DNA of 64,000 bases from Nitrospinales bacterium (GTDB lineage: Bacteria > Nitrospinota > Nitrospinia > Nitrospinales > VA-1), in NCBI GenBank assembly GCA_965205835.1, contig OZ242182.1, forward strand, positions 1,852,226-1,916,225, written 5' to 3'. Position 1 is the stretch's first letter. Every line of letters begins with the position of its first letter. Shown here in pieces: positions 38,631 through 49,680 of this stretch. Made by a program: the position numbers and the translations under genes. The notes under the pieces were generated by a model that was not told where the DNA came from, did no database searches, and saw only the letters and a list, made by a program, of their open reading frames with translations.

Positions 38631-40478
38631 ATGTTCAATCTTACCGAGTTAAAAGAAGAAATAGTCCACAATAATCGTTTCGAGAGACGCATAGCAAAAC
38701 TAGTAGCTCAAGGGCAGGAGGTTGGCAGAATTAAGAATGTTGTCGCATCGGCTATTTATAAGATTAAGGATGGGGAAAGTTCTTTTGTTATTTACGGTGA
38801 GCCGCAAAGCGGAAAGACCGAGATGATGATTGCCTTAACAGCCCAGCTCTTAGATGAAGGTCATAAGATAATCATAGTTATGTTGAATGATAGCGTTCAG
38901 CTTCTAAGTCAAAATTTGGAAAGGTTTCAGAGGTCAGGATTGGACCCTTCCCCGAAAAAATCTAGTGAGGTGTTGCCAAGAACGATTAAAATTGGAGAAC
39001 AAAGCTGGGTCATTTTTTGTAAGAAGAATGCCAGAGACTTAGAAAAGCTAAATGACAAACTTTCTCCATTCAAAGGAAAGGTAATTATTGATGATGAAGC
39101 GGACTACGCCACTCCAAATTCTAAAATAAACAAAAAGGAGAAAAGCAGAATAAATGAGCTGACTGAAGAATTTATTGGCTTGAAGGGTATTTATATCGGT
39201 ATTACGGCTACTCCAGCGAGACTTGACTTAAATAGAACCCACAACAATAGCAGTGGAAACTGGATCGATTTCCCCCCACACTCCGACTACACTGGACAAG
39301 AAGTATTTTTTCCTTCATCTGCAGAAAAATTACCATTCTTCCTAACTTTACTGCCAGACCAAGGAGATGATCCTAAATATTTGAGAGGAGCATTATTTAG
39401 TTTTATGGTCAATGTAGCCTATTTGAACTCTGAAATTAATGACAATGAGGAAAATTATTCATTCCTAGTTCATACAAGTGGGAAAAAGGAGGGCCATACG
39501 GGTGATTACAAATTGACCGTTGAAACCTTTAAGATTTTGATGGATAAGGAAAACCCAAAGCATGAGAAATATTATAAGGAATTATGGGAAATAGCTCGCA
39601 AACGTTATCCAAACTTGGAGAATGGGCTAACTAAATACATTATATCAAACAATACCCGCAATAATATTGTTGTGATGAATAGCGATAAAGAAAAAAATAC
39701 GGCAGACAATAGGACGGCTACTGAACCTACCTCTCCATTTACCATTGCTATCGGAGGGAATATAGTTTCTAGGGGGGTAACTTTTAACCATCTTTTGTCC
39801 ATGTTTTTCACACGAGATGTGAAACATAACATACAACAGGATACCTACATCCAAAGGGCTAGAATGTTTGGAGCGCGGAATACATATTTAAAATATTTTG
39901 AACTCACTATTCCTGAAAGCTTGTATTCGAACTGGCAAAGATGTTTTATTTTTCATAGACTCTCTCTTGAATCACGAAGAGCGGGCAATGGAACACCCGT
40001 TTGGCTTGAGGGTAAAAAACTAATAGCTGCCGCACGCACAAGTATCGACAAAGCTAGTGTGGTAATAGACAGTGGTGAGATGAGTTTTGAAATTTTTGAT
40101 TTCAAGGCCAACGAGGTAGATGAAATACTAAACAAGCAAATCGGAAATTTGCAGAAGATCAATACCATATCAGAACTTCTAGGAGATGAGAAACTCCCTA
40201 AATATCTTATTAATTATATCGAAAACTATATGCCTTTAGGCGAGAAGTCCCTAGCACTCCACGCCTCGAAAAGTATTACGGAATATAAAGACGCTATCAC
40301 AGATCAAGAAGCAATTACTCGTACTAAGGGTTTTATAGGCCAGTTTGAACTTGAACCCAAAAAATATCCCGACGCAATTCACCACATTAGAATTCTCTAC
40401 AATGGCGCTAATAAAGCGAGAGTTTTCTATAAGTATAAAGGGAATATAAAATTTTTAAAAACTGCAAATAGAACGTGA
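38631..40478 (+). CDS. SF2-helicase-like P-loop NTPase with a C-terminal Z1 domain
   Basis: 615 aa with Walker A GEPQSGKT, Walker B IIDDEAD and motif III-like ITATPAR. Z1-like core is GGNIVSRGVTFNHLLSMFFTR...QQDTYIQRARMFGARN. 5-nt gap after the methyltransferase gene. Confidence 0.75.
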   Translation: MFNLTELKEEIVHNNRFERRIAKLVAQGQEVGRIKNVVASAIYKIKDGESSFVIYGEPQSGKTEMMIALTAQLLDEGHKIIIVMLNDSVQLLSQNLERFQRSGLDPSPKKSSEVLPRTIKIGEQSWVIFCKKNARDLEKLNDKLSPFKGKVIIDDEADYATPNSKINKKEKSRINELTEEFIGLKGIYIGITATPARLDLNRTHNNSSGNWIDFPPHSDYTGQEVFFPSSAEKLPFFLTLLPDQGDDPKYLRGALFSFMVNVAYLNSEINDNEENYSFLVHTSGKKEGHTGDYKLTVETFKILMDKENPKHEKYYKELWEIARKRYPNLENGLTKYIISNNTRNNIVVMNSDKEKNTADNRTATEPTSPFTIAIGGNIVSRGVTFNHLLSMFFTRDVKHNIQQDTYIQRARMFGARNTYLKYFELTIPESLYSNWQRCFIFHRLSLESRRAGNGTPVWLEGKKLIAAARTSIDKASVVIDSGEMSFEIFDFKANEVDEILNKQIGNLQKINTISELLGDEKLPKYLINYIENYMPLGEKSLALHASKSITEYKDAITDQEAITRTKGFIGQFELEPKKYPDAIHHIRILYNGANKARVFYKYKGNIKFLKTANRT

Positions 40479-40930
40479 TCAAAGAATTTGAATTCTACCA
40501 TGGTGCCGTTCTTGCGAGGCTCGCCCATGCGAATAAGTCGGTTTCCTTAAAGCTTTATACAACGGCTAGCAATTCTTCCTACGTTATTGATGATAAAATT
40601 GGGATATTCATGAAATATTCTTCCAAGCGAATGTCTCCTTGGGGCTTTAGTTTTCTCAAGAGTCATCAGGATGAAATATTAGAAATAAAGAAAGCGATTG
40701 GAGAAGTTTTTCTTTTGCTAGTGTGTCACGACGATGGAATCGTGGCATTAAACTTTGATAAGTTAAAAATTATTCTTGACGAAGTACACGATCAAGTTGA
40801 GTGGATTAGGGTTTCAAGAAGACCTCGAGAAAAATATTCTGTCAGTGGTTCTGATGGAAAATTAAAATTTAAAATTGGTGGGAATGAGTTTCCAAAAAAA
40901 ATATTTAATGCGTTGGGGTTGCAGGAATAA
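40475..40930 (+). CDS. 151-aa orphan protein, translationally coupled to the Z1 gene
   Basis: GTG start overlaps the Z1 stop (GTGA). Same AT-rich composition. No motif recognised with confidence. Confidence 0.6.
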   Translation: MIKEFEFYHGAVLARLAHANKSVSLKLYTTASNSSYVIDDKIGIFMKYSSKRMSPWGFSFLKSHQDEILEIKKAIGEVFLLLVCHDDGIVALNFDKLKIILDEVHDQVEWIRVSRRPREKYSVSGSDGKLKFKIGGNEFPKKIFNALGLQE

Positions 40931-40993
40931 GTCTAAAATAATTTCCAAAAAATAAGTCAGCTCCCCTCTCCCGGAAAAGGAGCCAGCTAGGAT

Positions 40994-41196
40994 ATGCCCT
41001 TCGGGGCATGATCCTTCGATGGACTCAGGATAATGGCGGCGGGCCAAGGTGACGATTTTGTTCCCCCTCATCTGGCCTCTCCCACGGAGGGAGAAGGAAT
41101 AACTGGGTTTACCCTCCGGGGCATGGATATGAATTGCCGCACCACTTTGTGGTTCGCAATGACGGCACCCCCCCCCTGGCCCCCTTCGTAAAGGGG
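40994..41196. repeat. Cluster of short GC-rich hairpins and repeat modules at the right edge of the AT-rich island
   Basis: Contains atgccc-ttcg-gggcat (40994-41009), gatccttcgatggactcaggataatgg, tctccc-acgga-gggaga (about 41078-41094), module cactttgtggttcgcaatgac (about 41142-41165) and cccctt-cgta-aagggg (41181-41196). Confidence 0.6.
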
Positions 41197-41239
41197 AAGT
41201 GGGAGCCACCGGCGGCTCTCCGGCCCCATGCCCAGTGGG

Positions 41240-42193
41240 TTATGATCCGTTTCTCAGGATCGCGTCTATCTCATCGCAGGTTTTTTTCACATCCCGCGCG
41301 GAGACATCGAGAGCGTCTTGCTCTTCATCGGTCATTTTAAGTTCGATGACTTTTTCGATTCCGTGGATGCCCATCATGACAGGAACGCCGAAGAAAATTC
41401 CACTCCAGCCGTATTCACCTTCCAGATAAGCGGTGCAGGGGAGGATGCGGCGTTTGTCCTGCAAGATCGCCTCGATCATTTTCACCACCGAAGCACCAGG
41501 CGCGTAAAAGGCACTACCGGTTTTAAGCAGTGCGACAATTTCCGCCCCGCCCTTTCGGGTGCGTTCCACCACCCGGGCGATCTGTTCCTGGGTCATCAAT
41601 TCGGTGATCGAGATGCCCGACACAGAAGTGTAACGGGGCAATGGGACCATGGAATCGCCATGCCCGCCAAGGACCATCGCGTCCACATCTACCAGTGAGC
41701 AGCCTAGCTCCAGCGAAACAAAGGTTCGCAACCGGGCCGAGTCGAGTACGCCAGCCATGCCGATGATTTTGTTCTTGGGCAGGTTGCCGGTTTTCTTGGC
41801 CATGTACACCATTGCGTCAAGCGGGTTCGACACCACGATGACAATCGGGTCGCGGGAATGCTCCATGATCTTCTCTGTCACCGATTGCACAATTTTCGCG
41901 TTGGTAGCGAGAAGGTCTTCGCGGCTCATGCCCGGCTTGCGCGGCAGTCCTGCTGTAATGACCACGATATCGGAATTGGCCGTGTCTTTATAATCGTTGG
42001 TCCCTGTCACCAAGCTGTCAAAAACCTGCAGACAGCTCGACTCCTGCAAGTCCAGTGCTTTCCCCTGCGGCACCCCCTCGATGATATCGATGATCACCAC
42101 ATCGCCGAGGCTTTTATAAGCGGCCAACTGGGCCACCGTGGACCCAACCTGACCCGCCCCTACTACCGTGATTTTTCTTCTTGCGCTTGACAT
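41240..42193 (-). CDS. mdh: Malate dehydrogenase (LDH-like family)
   Basis: Contains KITVVGAGQVGST, GLPRKPGMSR and VLGGHGDSMVP. Start at the internal ATG (MSSARRK). Confidence 0.9.
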   Translation of the reverse strand: MSSARRKITVVGAGQVGSTVAQLAAYKSLGDVVIIDIIEGVPQGKALDLQESSCLQVFDSLVTGTNDYKDTANSDIVVITAGLPRKPGMSREDLLATNAKIVQSVTEKIMEHSRDPIVIVVSNPLDAMVYMAKKTGNLPKNKIIGMAGVLDSARLRTFVSLELGCSLVDVDAMVLGGHGDSMVPLPRYTSVSGISITELMTQEQIARVVERTRKGGAEIVALLKTGSAFYAPGASVVKMIEAILQDKRRILPCTAYLEGEYGWSGIFFGVPVMMGIHGIEKVIELKMTDEEQDALDVSARDVKKTCDEIDAILRNGS

Positions 42194-42326
42194 AGCGGTT
42201 CCTCTATTTGATAAAAATACACCTGAAGCAGGCTCCACAGCTTCGGCAGTCGCGAGTGCATGTTATATTCCTACCTTGGCCCTCATGCCCTGCTGAGGGT
42301 ATCACCGCCTCATTTTGCCACGGCGG

Positions 42327-44672
<2,346 letters not shown>

Positions 44673-44888
44673 TTAGAAGAACGGTTTAAGCTAAATTATT
44701 ACCCCCTTCTTGTCAAGCAATTTTGGTCGGACAATTTCCCACAAAAATACTGAAAAAAGGAGCGAGAGAGCACAAGTAAAACGGCCAAGGAAGCATTCCT
44801 ACTTCAATGGGACCAAAAACAACAATGCTTAAAATTTGATACAATCGTCTTATACTTCATCCGATAATCTCCCTGCTGGTTTCCCCTT

Positions 44889-47591
44889 ATGCTTTATGCT
44901 ATGGAAAATTCTGAAAAACACTACCGACTGGCCATTGATTTCCACCAGGTACAGAATGTCCCTGCCGACCCCAAGCAAAGACTGCCCTATTTTCAGACCT
45001 TTAAAAAATTATTGAAGGATGAGAAGGCCGAGATCAAAAGCTGGCATCGATCGGGAGCTGGCGGTCGCGAAATCATCCAGGCCCACACCAGTCTGGTCGA
45101 TAAGGTCATCCAGCACGTCCTTCTTTCCATGACACAGCTTGAGATTTATGCCAAAGACCGGGTACTGGGAGAGTTCTCGCTCATCGCTGTGGGAGGCTAT
45201 GGACGGGGAGAACTCAATCCGCTTTCGGATATTGATTTATTGTTTCTTCTTTCCGAAAAAACCAAGCCTCTCACAAAAACATTTATTCAGGACGCACTGT
45301 CGGTTATTTGGGGATTCGACATGGAAATCGGTCACAGCTCCCGTACCATCAAAGACTGTGTAAAACTTTCCCGGGAGGATTTGACCATCAAAACCTCCAT
45401 GATCGAAACCCGGTTCCTCATTGGCAACCGAACCACTTATGACAGATTTTACAACTCCATTCATAAAAATGTTTTGCAAAAACATGTGAAACAGTTTTTG
45501 AACTCCAAATTGAAAGAAACATACACCCGCTACAAACAGGAGGGCGGCGTGGTGTGCCATCCGGAGCCGGATATAAAAAACGGGCCGGGAGGATTGCGCG
45601 ACTATCACAGTGCCCTGTGGGCCACCGCTGTACGCTATGGATGCCATTCGCTCCGCGAAATTAATGAGACCCACGTGCTTTCCCGGGAAGAAATTGAGTC
45701 ACTCTACCATTCTGTCGATTTTTCACTGCGCATCCGGAATGAACTGCATTACCTGACCGAAAGAAAAACCAATGTCCTGACCTTCGACGTCCAGAAACGA
45801 CTGGCCGCCAATCTTGGGTACAGGTCTTCCACCCACGGGCAACCCGTGGAAGAGTTCATGCGCGACTATTATCTGCACGCCACCAATATCTATAATTTTT
45901 CGCAAACCCTTTTTGAACATTGTCGACAAACCAAAAGATCGCTCAAAAAAATAATCTCCTCATTAACTAAAAAATCCGCAGGGAATGGATTCCATATTTC
46001 AGATTCCTCCCTGATTTATGACGGCAACGCAAAAGAGGATTTTAAAAAAGATAAATCGCTTCTATTGATTGCGTTTGAGCTTTGCGGAAAACATCAAGTT
46101 GCGCCAGATTATAAACTTCAGCGGCAAATACGGCGAAGCAAAAATCTCATTGGCGTGCAGTTCATGAAGGGAGAAAAGACTCGGGATTTCCTGTTTTCCA
46201 TTCTGAAAGACAAAGGCGCTGAGAAAATCCTGCGGCTGATGCATGAAACACACATTCTGGAACAGATCCTGCCGGAATTCGGGCTGGCACACTGCAAGGT
46301 GAATCATGATTTCTATCATCACTACACCGCCGATGAACATTCCCTGCGCATCATCCGCTTTCTCGATGAGCTGGCCATTACCGGCATCACCAATCCTACC
46401 GACCTGTCCGCCTTGTATCGGAATTACTTTCGGAAAGGGATTATCAAGTTATCAGCTCTTCTGCAATCGGCAGGAGAAATGCTCGAGGATGAACAAGACA
46501 AATTTTTAAAATCCATGGCAGAAAGACTGAACTTGGAAGAGGCAGATGCACAAATCCTGCTTTTTCTTCTCGCTAATCCCTACACCATGATCGAAACAGC
46601 CTTGCATCAGGATATCCATCAGCCCGGAGTGATCCGGAAATTCACCAAAACCGTGGTGAACGCAGAGAGACTAAAAGGGCTCTACCTCCTCAGTTATGCC
46701 GAGTTGCGGGCGGTGGCACCAGGAACCCTGACCGCCTGGAAAAAAATATTGCTCTCGGAGCTATATGAAAGAACCTTGAAGTATCTGGAAGACCCCGGCT
46801 CTCTGGAACAACAACCCCGGGCCACCCGAGCGGGGGTATTCAAATCCCTACATCGGGAACTGCCCGTGAACGATATTGAAAAGCATCTTCGCCAGATGCC
46901 GGAAGATTATTTGATGACAGTATCCTCTGAGGAGGTGGCGCTTCATATCCGCCTCATCCGATCTTTCAAGGATAAACTGTTTGTTCTGCATCACCAGTTT
47001 CATAAAGCAGGCAACTACCATAACCTGACCCTGTGTTGCCCTACCGGCATTGAATCGTTTAAAAAACTGGTGGGAACCGTCACCGCCAAAAGCCTGAACA
47101 TTCTCGGTGTGCAAATCTATCTCAAACAGGATGGCATCGTGATTGTCACCATACAGGTCGAAGCAGGTGCCAACGCCACGGCCGATGACCTCGAAATCTG
47201 GAAAGATATTAAAAATACTCTGGGCCGGTTGTTTGCGGGGGAAACCAGTTTACAGAAAATGTTGAAATCCCGAACCCGTTATGTCGGCGAGCAGAAAAAG
47301 GTGGCGATGGTCCCGAGAGTACATGTTGAAAAGACGGTGGACAATCCGTTCACAGTAATCCTGGTTGAGGCCCGGGACCATATCGGCATGCTCTACAAAA
47401 TTGCCACGGTCTTTGCCGATTTTGGCATTCGCATTCACCGAGCCAAAATTTCCACCCAAGGCGATCGGGCTATCGATGTTTTTTACGTGTCTCTGAAAAG
47501 TCCGAATTTTGACCTCAATAAGGTGGTTCTCCGGCTCAAGGAACATATGATCCAGACCTTGATGATCAAAAAACTGGAAGACGTACGATGA
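44889..47591 (+). CDS. glnD: [Protein-PII] uridylyltransferase / uridylyl-removing enzyme
   Basis: 900 aa with nucleotidyltransferase GGYGRGELNPLSDIDLLF, HD domain HDFYHHYTADEHS and two C-terminal ACT-like segments. Confidence 0.9.
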   Translation: MLYAMENSEKHYRLAIDFHQVQNVPADPKQRLPYFQTFKKLLKDEKAEIKSWHRSGAGGREIIQAHTSLVDKVIQHVLLSMTQLEIYAKDRVLGEFSLIAVGGYGRGELNPLSDIDLLFLLSEKTKPLTKTFIQDALSVIWGFDMEIGHSSRTIKDCVKLSREDLTIKTSMIETRFLIGNRTTYDRFYNSIHKNVLQKHVKQFLNSKLKETYTRYKQEGGVVCHPEPDIKNGPGGLRDYHSALWATAVRYGCHSLREINETHVLSREEIESLYHSVDFSLRIRNELHYLTERKTNVLTFDVQKRLAANLGYRSSTHGQPVEEFMRDYYLHATNIYNFSQTLFEHCRQTKRSLKKIISSLTKKSAGNGFHISDSSLIYDGNAKEDFKKDKSLLLIAFELCGKHQVAPDYKLQRQIRRSKNLIGVQFMKGEKTRDFLFSILKDKGAEKILRLMHETHILEQILPEFGLAHCKVNHDFYHHYTADEHSLRIIRFLDELAITGITNPTDLSALYRNYFRKGIIKLSALLQSAGEMLEDEQDKFLKSMAERLNLEEADAQILLFLLANPYTMIETALHQDIHQPGVIRKFTKTVVNAERLKGLYLLSYAELRAVAPGTLTAWKKILLSELYERTLKYLEDPGSLEQQPRATRAGVFKSLHRELPVNDIEKHLRQMPEDYLMTVSSEEVALHIRLIRSFKDKLFVLHHQFHKAGNYHNLTLCCPTGIESFKKLVGTVTAKSLNILGVQIYLKQDGIVIVTIQVEAGANATADDLEIWKDIKNTLGRLFAGETSLQKMLKSRTRYVGEQKKVAMVPRVHVEKTVDNPFTVILVEARDHIGMLYKIATVFADFGIRIHRAKISTQGDRAIDVFYVSLKSPNFDLNKVVLRLKEHMIQTLMIKKLEDVR

Positions 47592-47974
47592 CCAGCGTGA
47601 CGCTGAACTTAATGGGGTATAGGCAAATTTTAAGAGTGGCCCTGCTATGGTTCTTCATTAGCTGGACGCTCCATGCGTCGGCAGAACCTGTTGACCTCGA
47701 AACCGGGCGGGACATTTTCTACAAACATTGCAAAGCCTGCCACGGCAATAAAGGTGACGGTAAAACCTTCGCCGCGAATGTGCTGAATCCACCGCCAAAA
47801 AATTTCACCGATGAAGAATCGAAAAAGGAACTGACCGAAAAACGAATGATTGAGTCCGTCACAAAAGGAAGGAAAGGCACCGCCATGATGCCGTGGGAAT
47901 CGAACCTCACCTGGGAAGAAATCCGCGCCGTCGTGCGTTACATCCGCCAAAAACTGATGAAAACAGATGATTAA
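47588..47974 (+). CDS. Class I c-type cytochrome (monohaem)
   Basis: Signal peptide, CKACHG haem motif and distal Met (GTAMMPW). ATGA overlap with glnD. Confidence 0.8.
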   Translation: MTSVTLNLMGYRQILRVALLWFFISWTLHASAEPVDLETGRDIFYKHCKACHGNKGDGKTFAANVLNPPPKNFTDEESKKELTEKRMIESVTKGRKGTAMMPWESNLTWEEIRAVVRYIRQKLMKTDD

Positions 47975-48026
47975 AAGCTTATCTCCATTTCAAACAACCT
48001 CAAAACATAAAAGCTATCATTTGGAG

Positions 48027-48626
48027 TTACCGTTTTGAATTCAACCAGTTCTTCATGCGAAGTGCCGCACACTCCTCTGAAACTTTGAATTTCCTGGAAA
48101 TGGGTTTGGCTAAATAGGGGACAAGGGTTTGGTCATCTGGCAACCTACCTGAACTAAAAATTTCATGTTTTGCCAACTCAGCCTTTGCTTCCTCATATTC
48201 AACACCCAAACTGCTTGCGGGTAGAAGAACATAACTCGCAAATATATTGGCTTGAGTCTCGAGAGGATCCCGTCTGATATCATCCAGGACAAACTCAGTC
48301 CATTTCTTTGTGCTTGGAAATACCGCTTCTTCAAAAAAATGCTTATGGAGACAATAATGCCCCATTTCATGGGCAAAGGTGAAACGCGCCCTGTTTTCGA
48401 GTTCGAAATACTGGTTTCGGTCAATATATAATTCTTTAAAATCGTGTGTTAAAAAAGCGTCCATCCCGTGCCTTAACAATCCCGGAGCAGGGATCACTTT
48501 AATTCCTAATTTAATTTCCACAATTTCTTCGATCGGAATGGGGATAGAGCCATCAGGATGATGTTCTAACAAAAACTGCTTGGCAGTTTCTTCGATTTCC
48601 TGCTGGGGAATAAATTCTGTCACCAA
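48027..48626 (-). CDS. ImmA/IrrE-family zinc metallopeptidase
   Basis: 199 aa with HEMGH motif (FAHEMGHYCLH). Overlaps the upstream XRE gene by 7 nt. Confidence 0.8.
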   Translation of the reverse strand: MVTEFIPQQEIEETAKQFLLEHHPDGSIPIPIEEIVEIKLGIKVIPAPGLLRHGMDAFLTHDFKELYIDRNQYFELENRARFTFAHEMGHYCLHKHFFEEAVFPSTKKWTEFVLDDIRRDPLETQANIFASYVLLPASSLGVEYEEAKAELAKHEIFSSGRLPDDQTLVPYLAKPISRKFKVSEECAALRMKNWLNSKR

Positions 48627-48985
48627 TCTTCCTTGATTGATTTGATCAAACTTTCCAGCTTTTCTTCATCCAAGCCTTTATTATCCAAAGTTCTTAAGAA
48701 AACAGGGAGCTTTTCCAGTAGTTTTTCATCTTTCACATTCTCGAGTCCATAGGACTTGTTGGATACTTGCGCAAATTGAAAAAATTTCTCGAACTCCTCA
48801 GTGCCTTTTTCTAATCCCAAAGCCTTGGCATAATATTCTAATTTTTCATTGGATTTAGGAGCACGGATTCTTCCCCTTTCAAGCCTTGAAATATACGCCG
48901 GATCCTCCTCAAACTTTTCTGCAAACTTTCTTAAAGTCAAACCTTGTTTAATTCTTAATGAATTAAAATACTCACCGAATAGCAT
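48620..48985 (-). CDS. XRE-family helix-turn-helix regulator
   Basis: Contains LRIKQGLTLRKFAEKFEEDPAYISRLERG. Start at the internal ATG; the track ORF extends to 49024. Confidence 0.8.
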   Translation of the reverse strand: MLFGEYFNSLRIKQGLTLRKFAEKFEEDPAYISRLERGRIRAPKSNEKLEYYAKALGLEKGTEEFEKFFQFAQVSNKSYGLENVKDEKLLEKLPVFLRTLDNKGLDEEKLESLIKSIKEDW

Positions 48986-49003
48986 GTGCTTACCCTCCCA
49001 AAT

Positions 49004-49022
49004 GTTGTACTCATTGTACAAC
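49004..49022. promoter_or_regulatory. Inverted repeat GTTGTAC-tcatt-GTACAAC upstream of the XRE gene (candidate operator)
   Basis: Perfect 7-bp arms, about 20 nt upstream of the proposed ATG at 48985. Confidence 0.4.
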
Positions 49023-49327
49023 AAAAGTCATAAAAATCAAAAATAGTCGCAAAAGGAAGGAATCGTGCTAAATGGGGTTGGAAAAGGAACCGGAGAACCT
49101 AAGCATCCCAGTAGAAAGACCTCGCAGCTTATCAAAATTGGCTGAGTTGACCTACGGCAACCCAATCGACTACAAGAAATTTTCTCAAGATACCAAACTG
49201 ATCTTCCCTCTTAAAGGAAATTATCCTTGCTCACAACACACCTCAAAGAAAAGAATTAAGCACCCAACAAAAAAATCCTGAGAGCATTAGGCTTTTAAAT
49301 TTCAATTAAATCTTATCAACATGCCCC

Positions 49328-49636
49328 CTACTTCTTCACCTCTTTACCCAGTTTCTGTTCGATGGAAGCGGTTTTGGATTCCAGCCTGCCCGATTTACCC
49401 TCCCTATAGTCAATCTTGATGCCGCAGGTAATGCGTTTGCAATCCTTCTTCATCATCTCGTAACATTGTTTGACCACTCCCATAACTTCATCGAACTCGC
49501 CTTCCAGCACCGTTCCCATCGGATTCAACCGATACGGCACACCGCTATCATCAATAATTTTTAGAGAACGGCTAACCTGTTCGCTGACGCTCTCTCCTTT
49601 ATCCATGGGGCTCATGCTGAACTCAAGTAGTACCAT
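49328..49636 (-). CDS. MTH1187/YkoF-family (DUF77) thiamine-binding protein
   Basis: 102 aa with the pattern LLEFSMSPMDKG.SVSEQV...PYRLNPMGT.LEGE.DEV. Confidence 0.7.
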   Translation of the reverse strand: MVLLEFSMSPMDKGESVSEQVSRSLKIIDDSGVPYRLNPMGTVLEGEFDEVMGVVKQCYEMMKKDCKRITCGIKIDYREGKSGRLESKTASIEQKLGKEVKK

Positions 49637-49680
49637 ATTCGTGTCCTCAAAATTCCACTAGCCGCAAGGAGACTCATCCC

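Noticed and set aside
38575-38640. On my manual reading, the methyltransferase frame seemed to hit a stop near 38593, and the Z1 start seemed to be 38632 rather than 38631.
   Set aside because: The computed ORF track gives uninterrupted 37360..38625 and 38631..40478 frames, and downstream codons agree with it. I attribute the 1-nt discrepancy to my own miscounting. I therefore flag all hand-derived coordinates as +/- 1-2 nt.
48027-49327. The XRE/ImmA pair as the edge of a prophage or ICE; ORF 49072..49281 as its cargo.
   Set aside because: No phage, conjugation or integrase genes lie on either side. The 69-aa ORF has no RBS or motif and looks like random intergenic sequence.
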